A stretch of 64,000 nt of DNA from the human T2T-CHM13v2.0 reference genome, Homo sapiens: NCBI RefSeq assembly GCF_009914755.1, contig NC_060932.1. The stretch is one strand, 5' to 3'. Numbering within the stretch: the first letter of the stretch is position 1; every line of letters begins with the position of its first letter. The notes under the pieces are model-generated. The model searched no databases and was not told the DNA's origin. It saw only the letters and a program-made list of their open reading frames with translations. Of this stretch, positions 11,703 to 23,416 are shown in pieces. Both the position numbers and the translations under genes were made by a program.

Positions 11703-14700
11703 GTGAGTGGAGACGGAGGTGTGGCAGGCAGGTGGCCCAGGTGTCTGGGAAGCCCGGCTGAGCTGCCCTCAGGCCTCGCAAGAGGGGTCCCCAGCCCCGG
11801 CTGGCCAGACAGGGCTCACAGCCTTGGAACAAAGCCCAGTCGCCTGTTACAGGATCCTGGAGGAGGGAGATGGGGGTGCCCCGGGGGTTGGGGTTGAGGG
11901 TGTTGGGGGATCAACGGGGTCCCCTGGGAGGCCTGCAGGGGGCTGGCGTGTGATAGGAGGGACTCCACGCTGTGTGGATAGAGGCAGGGGGTGAGGCAGG
12001 GGGATACATGGACCAGGCTGTGCGTGCTCAGCCGTGGCCTGGGCTGGGGCCCTCCCGAGCCCTTTGCTGTCCCAGATGTTGCTGGGCTCTGGATGAGGCC
12101 TCAGGTTAGACCAGGCTGGACTAGGGGCTTCAGGGCCCAGATCTCTGTGTGAGGAGGGACTGAGCAAGGGTCAGCGCTGACCACAGGAGGGAGGGACCAC
12201 TGTGCCCTGGAGAGGCAGCAGAGATACCTGCCGCTGGCAACCCTGGCAGATGGGACGAGATGCGTTTACAGAAGCTTTCTTGGGAGTGGAGTCTGGAGCG
12301 ACCTGCATGGCCTCCTGGAGGAGCCTGGCCTCTGCAGAACGCCCTGCTGTTTGCAGGCCTGGGGCCGTTTGCAGCGTCTGCAGTTGTGTGCGGGGCCGTT
12401 GACAGAGCCTCTGACTGTGCCAGGCTGTGTGAGAGGCTGCAGCTGTGTGCAGGGTCATTTATGGCTGAGTCCTTTCCCCTGTGACATGAGATAAGCCATC
12501 ATGGTCTTGTCATAATGAAACAGATTTGGGCGTGAGAGGGCATTAAGAACTGTAGAGCAGCAGGAGGCATTGGGCACCTTGCCATCAGGGAGCCTGGACC
12601 CTGGACACTGAGCCAGGTGCCCTACAGAAGATGGCTGTCCCTCTCGCAGCTGAGACCCCTGAGATAACAGCAGCATCTACAGAAAGATTGGCGAGAACAG
12701 CACGGTGAGTGGCCAGGGTGAGGCCTCAGAATATGACTGGGATCAGGGTTAAGTCTGTAACCAAGGTCAGGTCTCAGTGTGTGACCAAGGTTGGGGCTCA
12801 CTGTTTGACCAGGATCAGGGCTCTGTGTGACCAGGGTCAGGGTTCGGTGTGTGTCTGGGATCAGGGCTCAATGTGTGACCAGGGTTGAGGCTCAGTGTGT
12901 GTCCAGGATCAGGGCTCAGTATGTGACCAAGGTTGGGACTCAGTGTGTGTCCAGGATTAGCGCTCAGTATGTGACCAAGGTTGGGGCTCAGTGTTTGACC
13001 AGGATCAGGGCTTAGTGTGTGACCAGGGCCAGGGTTTGGTGTGTGTCTGGGATCAGGGCTCAGTATGTGACCAGGGTCGAAGCTCAGTGTGTGTCCAAGA
13101 TCAGGGTTCAGTGTGTGACCAGGATTGAGGCTTAGTAGGTGAGCAGGGTTAGGGAGGGCTCATCCTGTGACCAGGGTTAACGCTTAGTGTCTGACCAGGA
13201 TCAGGGCTCAGTGTGTGACCCAGATCAAGGCTCGGTATGTGACCAGGATTAGGGCTCAATGTGTGACCAGGGTTGGGGGCTCAGCACGTGATCAGGATTA
13301 GGGCTCAGAGGTGTGTGACTATCAAGGCTCAGGACGTGACCAGGATCAGGGCTCAGTGTGTGACCAGGATCAGGAAGGGCTCAGCCTGTGACCAGGGCCA
13401 GGGCTGAGCCGTGGGCTGGGTGGCCATTCCCTCTGCTGAGGGTGCAGAGGGCCTCTGAGGTACCCCATGGCCACAGAGCCCAGCACCCTGCCTGCTCCCT
13501 GCATTCTCAGATAGTTGGGTGCTGGCCTCTCTGTGTTCCAGGTCCCTGTCCCGTGACCAGCAAGACCCATCAGCTGATTCCTCACCCCTCCCAAAATAGC
13601 TACGAGAGCAGGTGGGGTGGGAACAGCCCCCGCACGTGACCCCTGTGGAGTGGATCCTCCGCAGTGGGGGTATAACTATCGGCCTGGCTGTGAACTACCA
13701 CCACCTTTTCCCTGGTCGTGTGGGGCTTCCCTGCTGGCGTACAGGGCCCAGCTTCCTCCTGGCTGCCATCTGAGCGGTGCCCACCCTCCCTGCTCTGAGG
13801 CGCCCCAGCTGATGCCCGCCCCTCTTAGACCCTAAAAACTGGACCCATCCCTGCGGCTCAGCTGGGGTCGCTGTTCGGATGCAGGGGCTCACACGTGGGC
13901 TGGGGAGTCCAGTTCCTGCTGTGGGGACCCAGTAGCTTTTCTGGAAGAAATGTCCTTGCTGGTAGATCTGGGGTCCTGAGCACCCCAGAGGAGGGAGTGG
14001 TGTGCTGGGCAGCTGGGGTCCCAGCTGCCAGTTACCGTGAATGTAGGTGGGGACACCTTTGCCTCTGCTGGGTGGCCCAAGGGACCTAGGACAGGCTCTT
14101 CGACAGCCAGACACTACCTCGACCAGTAGTGGAGCCTGAAGTCCACTCTTGGTGGACCTCACTGCATCAGGGTCTGCCTGGCTGGAGGGTGACATGCCCT
14201 TCCCTGGGGGCTTCAGGGGCCATGACCCTGCCCCAGGGGACTGAGGGGACAGGGCTCCACCCCGAGAGGTCTGAGGGGACATGTCCAAGTCCTGGGTGAC
14301 TGTGGGGGACACAGCTGTGCCCTGGGAGCCCTGGTGAGTGGGTCCTGCCCCCTGAGCCCTGCAGCCCCAGCCCAGCCCTGCCTCCTCCGTCCTCCCACCC
14401 CCAGGACCTGAAGAAGTACGGGGCTACCACTGTGGTGCGTGTGTGTGAAGTGACCTATGACAAAACGCCGCTGGAGAAGGATGGCATCACCGTTGTGGTG
14501 AGGCGCGCGCCACGGGGACCCTAGTCACTGCTGCCACCGGGGGAGGGTGGGGCGGGGGGCTCCGGGCCTGCGCAGAGGGTTTGGTGCCCCTCCTGTGGCA
14601 GCCCTGGGCATGTCTGTGCCTGGGCCACGTGTGTGTCTGGGTACATCAAGGGAAGGCCAGGGTGTTGGGCCGTGTGACCTCAAGAAAGTCACCCTTGCGC

Positions 14701-17700
14701 ACCCGTCTTTCTGTCTCTAGGGTGGGCCAGCACGGTTCGCCAGGCAGGGGTGGCACATGCTTGGTGCATCGGCCAAGGTGGCGGGTGGGCTCCTCTGCCT
14801 GTCTCAGGCCCTCCTCTGGGCCTGTCTTGGGTGCATCTCAGTCTTGCTGCCTGGGCGGCTGGGGCCCTGTTGCCAGGCAGCAGGCTCCTGGGGAGGGCCC
14901 TTGGGCAGTTTCCTCGGCTTCTTTGGCCCTGGGGACCCAGGTCTGGGCGGGGGGTGGGGCGGTTCTGCTGCGATATCCTTGGGGGGGTGGGCCACAGCAG
15001 CTGCAGGCCCAGAGCCAGCCCCAGGGGGGTCCACCCCCGGCCCGGTGGACGACTGCCCCCCTGGTGCAGGCCTGCCCAGCTGCGCCTGGGCCTCAGTCTC
15101 CTCAGTGCGGAGCACCCCTCAGTCACTGCTTTTCATCCCAGGACTCTGCTTTTGGCTGGGGTTGCAGTTTTGTGACCTCAGCTTGGCGGTTTGGAATGGT
15201 GGCAGCGCTGGCGGTTTGGGGTCAGACAGGCCTTGGGCTGCGTCCCGCCTCTGCCCTCCCCAGCCTTGCGACCCTGCAGGTCACTCCGAGCCTTGGGTTC
15301 CTCACCTCAAAGCGAGGCTGCTTGGAAGAATGGGAGGCAAAGGCATGTCCCCGCTTCTCGCACGGGGTGCGCCCACACCCTCCCTCCCCTTCCACAGCAG
15401 CGGGAGGGATTGGGGTCAGACGTAAGTAGCCGTGACACCGGTTGTCTCTAGGAGTTGCCCTGCCTGGAGGCTGGGGAGGGGTGAGATGCCCCCGAGGGCT
15501 GTGTGTCTGCCTCAGTGGGCCCAGCGGGCTCTCCCTGGTACCAGACAGCCCCATGCCTGGCACAGTCCCTGCATGAACCCGCCTTCCCAAGACTGAAACG
15601 TGTCCACTCCTACTGCAGCGCCCTGGCCCGGGCCCTCCCCTAGGAAGACTCACGTTGCCCACCGATCTAGGGCGCTGGGGGACGGGACAGTGGGAAGCAC
15701 AGGTCATCTTCCAAGACCAAATTAACCCCCAGGAGCAATGGGCCGGGGCCCGGTGGAACCGCCTGTTTCGAGTCCTGCCCTCAGAAATGTGGGCCCTGTC
15801 TCGCCCCACAGCCCTGTCTTCAGTCCTTCCTGGCACCTGGGCTGTGTGTGGCATGTGCCAGCCATCTTTGCATGCCAGCACAGGGGATGAGACCCTTTGC
15901 ACCAGCCGACCCAAAACCTCTCAGGCTGCCACCGGCACACAGGCGTGAGGGATTGTGACCCCAGAACCAGAGCTCGGGCTGACAGGTGTGGGGATTAGGA
16001 TTTGTGCGACTCTGGAGCAGGCTCTATTCAGAAAGGGGTGGGGTGGTCCAGGAAGGCTTCCTGGAGGAGGGGATAGCTGCAGTGTACAGGGAATGATGAG
16101 GAGTCTGAAGCACTCACCATGGGGTGCCCATAGGCAAGCTGTGCCCCTCCTGTGTGCCCTCTGGGTCTGCTGCCCCCACCCTAGTGGGCTCCTGGCACCC
16201 TCTGCCTCTCAGAGCTCCCTTTCCTCGCCTGAGCCCCAGAGCCGCCTCTCTACCCTCCCTCAGCCGGGGGTCCTCATGTCTGCTTCCCTCCGTAGGACTG
16301 GCCGTTTGACGATGGGGCGCCCCCGCCCGGCAAGGTAGTGGAAGACTGGCTGAGCCTGGTGAAGGCCAAGTTCTGTGAGGCCCCCGGCAGCTGCGTGGCT
16401 GTGCACTGCGTGGCGGGCCTGGGCCGGTGAGTGTCGGGGCGGGGTAGGGCTCGCCATGTCAGGTGGTTGGGCATCTCGTGGTCTGACAGCCTCGCTTTTG
16501 GATGTGGGTCTTGAACACACGTCCACGCGACCTTCCCAGGAGGCCCATGCCCCTAGTGCTGGGGCTCCCAGACTGGTCCTCTCCCAGCATCACAGAGAGG
16601 AAGTGCTTCCCAAAGTCTAACCCAACTTCTTCCTGCTATGGTTGAAACCATCCTGACATCTTGTGTAGGAAAGGGCTGCCGTCCCCCTCTCCAGACACAA
16701 AGATCCCCCCACACACAGCTGGGGCCTCAGACTCCCTGCTGGGAGAACGGGAGGAAGAATGGCAGCTGGGATCGGATGACATGACCAGTGGGACACCCCC
16801 ATCTGCAGAGGGAGACCCAGGCGAGCAGAGTTGATAGCAGGCATGGATCCGGCTCTTAGCACTTCACCCGCCAGCTCTTATTTAACCCTCCCCCAGCAGA
16901 TCACAGAGAGGTTGCCTAGGAGGGAGCCAGGATTTAGACCCAGTGCTCAGGCTGGGCTGTGAGGCTGTGGCCTCCATGGGGGAGCTTCAGGCAGGGGGGA
17001 TTCTGGGCCCCTTGGGCCCCCGTGCCCTGCATCTTCAGCAGGTGCCCTGCCAAGGGGACAGGGGTGCGCAGGCTCCGATGACCCCCGCCCTGCTGTTTGC
17101 CCCCAGGGCTCCAGTCCTTGTGGCGCTGGCCCTTATTGAGAGCGGGATGAAGTACGAGGACGCCATCCAGTTCATCCGCCAGTGAGTGGCCGCGGTGGTG
17201 GGGTGGGCTGTGAGCGCTGGGGGAGGGGAGATCCGGCTGCCCACGAAGGGTGGCGGCATTGGCTGTGTGGTTCCGTCGCTCTGAGGCTGCGTCGATCAGC
17301 ACAAGCTGGGCCTTGCTGCAGAAACGGGGAAGCCTGAGGTGTTTCTGATGGGTGGGGACAGCAGCCCCCGAGTGACCATGCAGCCACACAGGGACACAGC
17401 GAGGCCACCCGCCACGCCGTCCTGCCCGCCCTCCACAGACAGAGCTCCTTCTGTCGCAGCCATCCTGACGGGGGTGGAAGGACCCCCAGAGCCAGCCAGT
17501 TCAGTCCCTCCATGAAAAACTAGAACCTGAAACCCCACACCACACCGTGTCCACCCCCAGGGACGCTGACAGTGGGCTAGTGTCTCAGGACTACTCTGAG
17601 TCTAGCTGCTCACCACCCCTCCCCCCAACCCCGAGCTCTCCAGCTCAGCCCCTCCCCGCCCTCCTTAGAGGCTTCTAGGCCAGCTCGCCTGCCCCATCCC

Positions 17701-20402
17701 TGTCACTTGGTGGCCTCCCTGGGGAGGGCTGCCATCTGCCCACTGCCCAGGGGGTCCTGGGGGAGTCTGGCCGGGATGGCAGGGCCAACTCTGGAGGAAC
17801 GGATGCGGCACCTGAAGCCTGCCCCTGCCCAGCCCACCATGTGTGTGCCCGTGAGTGTGACACACCTGTGGTACTCCTCGGACAGGCTTGGCTGGTGGGG
17901 CCATCTCTTCCTCCCAGAGGCAGGCTTGTTCCCAGCCATGCCAGCTGGCCCTGTGGGTCTGTGTGAGAGTGTGGCCCGCCCTGTGGGTCTGCGAGAGCGT
18001 GGCCCGCCCTGTGGGTCTGTGCGAGAGCGTGGCCTGCAGGTGCTCAGGTCTCCCTGGGGACCATGGGATGTGCACGCTCACACACAGACACGCATGGGGG
18101 TCATACAGGCACACATTCACAAGCACATGTGTGCCCACACAGACCCAGGCATACGCAGGCACACACTCACAGGCAGGTGTGTGAACACAGGCACATACAG
18201 ACAAGCGGGTATTTGCACACATGGACACACATGGATGCACTCAGGCATGTACACACGTGTGCACTCATACATGACATGCACTCTCACACATGCGGGTGCA
18301 CACCTTCCCCGGGTTCTCTCCCCACCCCACGTCTCACCGAGCAAGGGCTTGTCTCTCCCTTGTGGCTTTTGCTGTGTGGCTCCCCGCACCTGAGGCTGCG
18401 CTGGTCAGGACAGGTTGGGCCATGCTGCGGAAACAGCCAGGCCTGAACCCCAACGACTCAGAACAGCACGGGCGTTTCTTGCCCCTGTTGCGTGTCTGTT
18501 GGTGGGGGCCCTACCCGGAGGCGTGGCTGAGGGCTGCGCCTTCCCCAGTGTGCCGGCTGCTGGGCGAGGAAACGAGCACGGTGGAGCCACACGGGGCACC
18601 TGCAGCTTTGCTGGGCAGAGACTCCTCGCGCTACTGCTGCTCCCACTTCCTTGGCCAGGGCCAGCCTGTGGCCACGCCTGAGGTCATGGCAGGTGGGGAT
18701 GGATGAGCCTCCAGAGGCGCTGGGTGGGCAGCCCCCGCCCCTCAACGCCTGTCACCTCAGGGCCTCTCAGGTGTGGCTGCAGCATCCTCTCCAGGAAGTC
18801 TTCCTGTTCACCCCAGCCAGGTACATGTGGTCAAGGACCAGGTGGCGGGGCAGGGTGAGCACATAGCCCAGGTCCCTGCTGTAAGGACCAGGTGGCGGGA
18901 GCAGGGTGAGTGTACAGCCCAGGTTTCTGCTGTAAGGACCCGGTGGCGGGGACAGGGTAAGCGCACAGCCCACGTCCCCGCTGTAAGGACCAGGTGGCGG
19001 GGACAGGGTGAGCACACAGTCCAGGTCCCCGCTGTAAGGACCAGGTGGCGGGGACAGGGTGAGCGCACAGTCCGGGTCCCCGCTGTAAGGACCAGGTGGC
19101 GGGGACAGGGTGAGCGCACAGTCCGGGTCCCCGCTGTAAGGACCAGGTGGCGGGGACAGGGTGAGCGCACAGTCCGGGTCCCCGCTGTAAGGACCAGGTG
19201 GCGGGGACAGGGTGAGCGCACAGTCCGGGTCCCCGCTGTAAGGACCAGGTGGCGGGGACAGGGTGAGCGCACAGTCCGGGTCCCCGCTGTAAGGACCTGG
19301 TGGCGGGGACAGGGTGAGCTCACAGCCCACGTCCCCGCTGTAAGGACCAGGTGGCGGGGACAGGGTGAGCGCACAGTCTGGGTCCCCGCTGTAAGGACCA
19401 GGTGGCGGGGACAGGGTGAGCGCACAGTCCGGGTCCCCGCTGTAAGGACCAGGTGGCGGGGACAGGGTGAGCGTACAGCCCAGGTTTCCGCTGTAAGGAC
19501 CAGGTGGCGGGGACAGGGTGAGCACACAGTCCGGGTCCCCGCTGTAAGGACCAGGTGGCGGGGACAGGGTGAGCGCATAGCCCAGGTCCCCGCTGTAAGG
19601 ACCAGGTGGTGGGGATGGTGGGGACAGGGTGAGCACACAGTCCGGGTCCCCGCTGTAAGGACCCGGTGGCGGGGACAGGGTGAGCACACAGTCCAGGTCC
19701 CCGCTGTAAGGACCCGGTGGCGGGGACAGGGTAAGCGCACAGCCCACGTCCCCGCTGTAAGGACCAGGTGGCGGGGACAGGGTGAGCGCATAGCCCAGGT
19801 CCCCGCTGTAAGGACCAGGTGGTGGGGATGGTGGGGACAGGGTGAGCATGCAGCCCAGGTCCCTGTTGTAAGGGAAGGTCGCGCAGCTGGGCTGGAATTC
19901 TGGGCTCAGCCCCTCCCTTACTCACAGGCCCCCCTTCCTGGATGGTGGAGGTGCCCAGGCACCACCCTTGTTGTCTGCTCATGGCCTTGGGGTGGGTCCT
20001 ACCGAGCTAGGGAAGCCTGGGGGCCGTAGGGAGCCCAGAGTCAGCCTGGAGGAGGTGGCGCTTTGGTGAGTTTGGAAGGCAAGCAGGGGTGAGCTGCAGG
20101 GGGCCAGGAAAGGGTGACTGTGACTCTGGGAGCAGCCGTGCCAAGGCCCTGGGACAGGAGGGGCTTGGCCAGCCTCAAGGCCTTACTCCAGCCCACTGCA
20201 CTCTCAGATTCCAGCTCCCTGGGGCAGGTGAGATGGCCGAGCCAGGTCCTTGGATGATCTCTGTTCCTGTTCCCCTCTTCCCAGGAAGCGCCGCGGAGCC
20301 ATCAACAGCAAGCAGCTCACCTACCTGGAGAAATACCGGCCCAAACAGAGGCTGCGGTTCAAAGACCCACACACGCACAAGACCCGGTGCTGCGTTATGT
20401 AG
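11598..20402 (+). CDS. PTP4A3: PTP4A3 / PRL-3 protein tyrosine phosphatase 4A3, spliced CDS join(11598-11702,14405-14497,16296-16426,17107-17181,20285-20402), 173 aa
   Basis: Exons sum to 522 nt with GT-AG introns. The translation [12 protein letters not shown]...WPFDD...VHCVAGLGR...KTRCCVM shows the PRL WPD loop, CX5R active site, polybasic tail and CAAX box. Confidence 0.99.
12730..13410. repeat. Degenerate ~23-bp minisatellite (GTGTGACCAGGATCAGGGCTCA) in a PTP4A3 intron
   Basis: About 28-30 imperfect tandem copies. Confidence 0.9.
14405..14497 (+). CDS. PTP4A3: PTP4A3 coding exon 2 ([31 protein letters not shown])
   Basis: CCAG acceptor, GTGAGG donor, phase 0-0. Confidence 0.98.
16296..16426 (+). 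CDS. PTP4A3: PTP4A3 coding exon 3 ([11 protein letters not shown]...VHCVAGLG-R), containing the catalytic Cys
   Basis: TAG acceptor, GTGAGT donor, P-loop motif. Confidence 0.98.
17107..17181 (+). CDS. PTP4A3: PTP4A3 coding exon 4 (75 nt, symmetric phase 2-2, skippable in frame)
   Basis: Encodes [24 protein letters not shown]; CAG acceptor and GTGAGT donor. Confidence 0.97.
18833..19870. repeat. 51-bp VNTR, ~20 copies, in the last PTP4A3 intron
   Basis: Unit GTAAGGACCAGGTGGCGGGGACAGGGTGAGCGCACAGTCCGGGTCCCCGCT; two units carry a 9-bp insert. Confidence 0.97.
20285..20402 (+). CDS. PTP4A3: PTP4A3 last coding exon ([11 protein letters not shown]...KTRCCVM*)
   Basis: Pyrimidine-rich CAG acceptor; CAAX followed by TAG at 20400-20402. 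Confidence 0.98.
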
Positions 20403-20860
20403 CTCAGGACCTTGGCTGGGCCTGGTCGTCATGTAGGTCAGGACCTTGGCTGGACCTGGAGGCCCTGCCCAGCCCTGCTCTGCCCAGCCCAGCAGGGGCT
20501 CCAGGCCTTGGCTGGCCCCACATCGCCTTTTCCTCCCCGACACCTCCGTGCACTTGTGTCCGAGGAGCGAGGAGCCCCTCGGGCCCTGGGTGGCCTCTGG
20601 GCCCTTTCTCCTGTCTCCGCCACTCCCTCTGGCGGCGCTGGCCGTGGCTCTGTCTCTCTGAGGTGGGTCGGGCGCCCTCTGCCCGCCCCCTCCCACACCA
20701 GCCAGGCTGGTCTCCTCTAGCCTGTTTGTTGTGGGGTGGGGGTATATTTTGTAACCACTGGGCCCCCAGCCCCTCTTTTGCGACCCCTTGTCCTGACCTG
20801 TTCTCGGCACCTTAAATTATTAGACCCCGGGGCAGTCAGGTGCTCCGGACACCCGAAGGC

Positions 20861-20866
20861 AATAAA
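20861..20866 (+). terminator. PTP4A3: PTP4A3 polyadenylation signal AATAAA
   Basis: AATAAA followed by a GT-rich downstream element (GTGTGTGTGG near 20882). Confidence 0.8.
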
Positions 20867-21954
20867 ACAGGAGCCGTGGCCGTGTGTGTGGAGTGGGCTA
20901 CAGCGTCAGGCGGGGCGGGCTGGTGGCCTGGGGGCCCCAGAGGCTGCTGTCTGGATCCTGGGCTGGTGCCCAGGATGGGGCTCCCGCGTGCTCTTGCGCT
21001 GCCCTCTGGTGGCCGCTCTGGGTCCTTGCACCCCGACCCAGGGGCCAGCCTGCCCTGTCCTGTCCTGATACCGAGGTGGGAGCCCTGCCTTGGCCAGGGT
21101 GGCCGTGTTGACGGTTCTTGGGACTGTGACATTGGAAGGCGAGGCAGGTCACCAGCACTGTCCTCTGCAGGATGGGCTGGGATTCATTTGGCAGCTTCTC
21201 AGGGCCTGTGTCCGGCTGGTTGGTCCCTGTGCTGCCCAAACCAGGTGTCCACATTTCCGGCTCCGAGGCGCAGAGAAGGGGGCAGGTGGTGGCTTGGGTG
21301 GAGGAAGTCACCATCCATCAGCCCAGGGAGGGAGGGTGCCACCTGGGCACCTGGGGCTGGATGTGAGAGGCCTGGACCAGGGCCCGCCGGAGGGCGTGGA
21401 CCAGATGCTCATGTGTTCCTGGGTGCAGTGTCTGTGTTGGGGGCTGGCCCCACCCTGGGCCGGGGTGCATGGAGGGCATGGCCCCAGCGGGGAGGAAGGT
21501 GGGCCTAGGGCTGGCTCCAGGGTGTGGAGAGCCTGGGAGTGGTCTCCGTCCTGGGGCCCCAGGAGGTTCCCGCAAGGAGCGACTGGGGCAGGTGCTGGAG
21601 GAGGTCAGTGGACAAGATGGGGAGATGTGGAAACCCCAAAAGCCCCTTCTCAGGCAGCCCTGCCCCCAAGACCGACAGATGGCTAAGGGGGCCGCAGACC
21701 TGGCTCCCCCAGCTCCTGTGTGGAGAAAGGGCAACAGCTGTCCCGGATGGTTATTCTCTCCTTTCCTCAAACACATTTGGAACTCAAGTAAATCCAATGC
21801 ATGTTGGGTGAAGTTTGCTGTATTTTTTCAATCCACCAGCCAAGTTTTGGGGTCACCTCTGCTGGCCCTGTGTAGCCATGTCCCTGCCCCAAGAGGCTCA
21901 CAGTCTAGCAGGGTTGGGGGGAAGACAGGCTGGTAAGCCTCCCAGTTACAGCTA

Positions 21955-22285
21955 GGGGTGCTCCACCTCGGGGGGTGGCGGGGACAGGGGGCATGGAGGT
22001 GGGGCCTTGGGGTGCTGCACCTTGGGGGGACTGAGGGACAGGGTGCATGGAGGCAGGGCCTCAGGGTGCTCCACCTTGCCGGGGGGACGGGGGAATGGGG
22101 GGCATGGAGGCGGGGCCTTGGCGTGCTCCACCTTGGGGGGCAGGGGAAATGGGGGCATGGAGGTGGGGCCTTGGTGTGCTCTACCTCGTGGGGCAGGAGA
22201 AATGGGGGCATGGAGGTGGGGCCTTGGTGTGCTCCACCTTGTTAGGGGGCAGGGGGACAGGGGCATGGAGGCGGGGCCTGGGGGG
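21955..22285. repeat. ~54-bp G-rich tandem repeat, ~6 copies
   Basis: GCATGGAGG recurs at about 21991, 22046, 22102, 22156, 22208 and 22263. Confidence 0.9.
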
Positions 22286-23315
22286 GGCACAGTGCAGAGT
22301 ACCACGTCGGGAGGTGGGGGAGATGCCCCAGGTGGAAGGACTGCCTGAGCTGAGTGTGGAGTGGGGGTCCGCGCTGGCCAGGAGGGGAAAAGGGGTGCAG
22401 TCTGGATTATCCCATTGGTGGGATGGTGGCTGGCCTGGCAGGATCCCGAGACAGATGCAGCATGGGATGGGGCCCCAGGCAGAGCTCTGCAGGGAGGGGC
22501 TCTCCAGGAGCTGTGTGGACCCCAGGCCAGGCGGAAACCCAGGCCGAGGCCGAAGGTTGGGCAGGTCCCCTGGTGGCTCTCTGGGAGTCCAGGGTACCTG
22601 CCTCTGGACTCATCCCTCCAAGGGTCTCGGGAGAAAGGTCTTACTGCCCATTTTACAGATGGAACAGCTGAGGCTCAGAGAACCAAGACTCCTGCTTCAG
22701 GCGACAGTGTGTCCAGGGTGGGCCTGGCTGGTTCTGCTGCTAGCCCTGAATGGACTGAGGAGGATGTTGGTGGGGGTGGAGGGAGACGCTGGGGGCCCGA
22801 GGCTGGGGGTCCCGACTGAGGGGACCCCGTCCGACCGTCAGCCCCCAGCCACTGTGGCGCGCCAAGATGGAGACAACTGAAGATTGAGTGGCCACCCTGG
22901 GCGGAGGCTGCCCTCAATTTGAGTGCCTGCCCAGCCCCAGCCCCCAGGACCCTGGGACCCTGGCAGGCTGTGGCTTGGGCTCAGGCCCCAGTCAAGGTGA
23001 CCCTGTCTCCAGGAGTGGACGGGTATCCACCTGCAGGGCACTTCACAGACTTCATAGTTTGTCTCTGTCCCCTGGGCCTGACCCTGAGTTTGTCCCCAAG
23101 TCCTGCCAGTGTCTCCTGGGGCTTGGCTTGGTCACAGCAGAGGGGCCTGTGGTGGGCAGGGAGCTGACACGCATAACGCTTCTTTTGTTGAATCTAGATC
23201 TTTCTTTCAAATGGAAAAACGTTATGCAACCAAGCTCTGTGGGGGGCGGATGGGGCAGGGCTGACCAGGTGGACACGGGAGGGGAAGGCGGTGGGTGGGG
23301 GAGGATGGCTGGAGG

Positions 23316-23416
23316 TCACTGCTTGGGTCTGGCCGACACCTTCTGGAGGAAGGAGAGCTGGCTGGTGGCGAATTCCCGGATGCTGGGCTCAGGGTCACTT
23401 CTGAGATGTTCAAAAG
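23316..23416 (-). CDS. MROH5: MROH5 last coding exon (TFEHLRSDPEPSIREFATSQLSFLQKVSARPKQ*)
   Basis: Uncommon GAG acceptor; phase fits; HEAT-like DPEPSIR; TGA at 23316-23318. Confidence 0.85.

Noticed and set aside
18767-20029. Long ORFs of 418, 360, 327 and 220 aa
   Set aside because: They are produced by the 51-bp (3n) stop-poor VNTR on both strands. They are intronic, with no exon or coding signature.
21955-22285. CRISPR-like appearance of palindromic repeats (also at 26348 and 31599)
   Set aside because: Eukaryotic DNA with no unique spacers and no cas genes; these are head-to-tail minisatellites.
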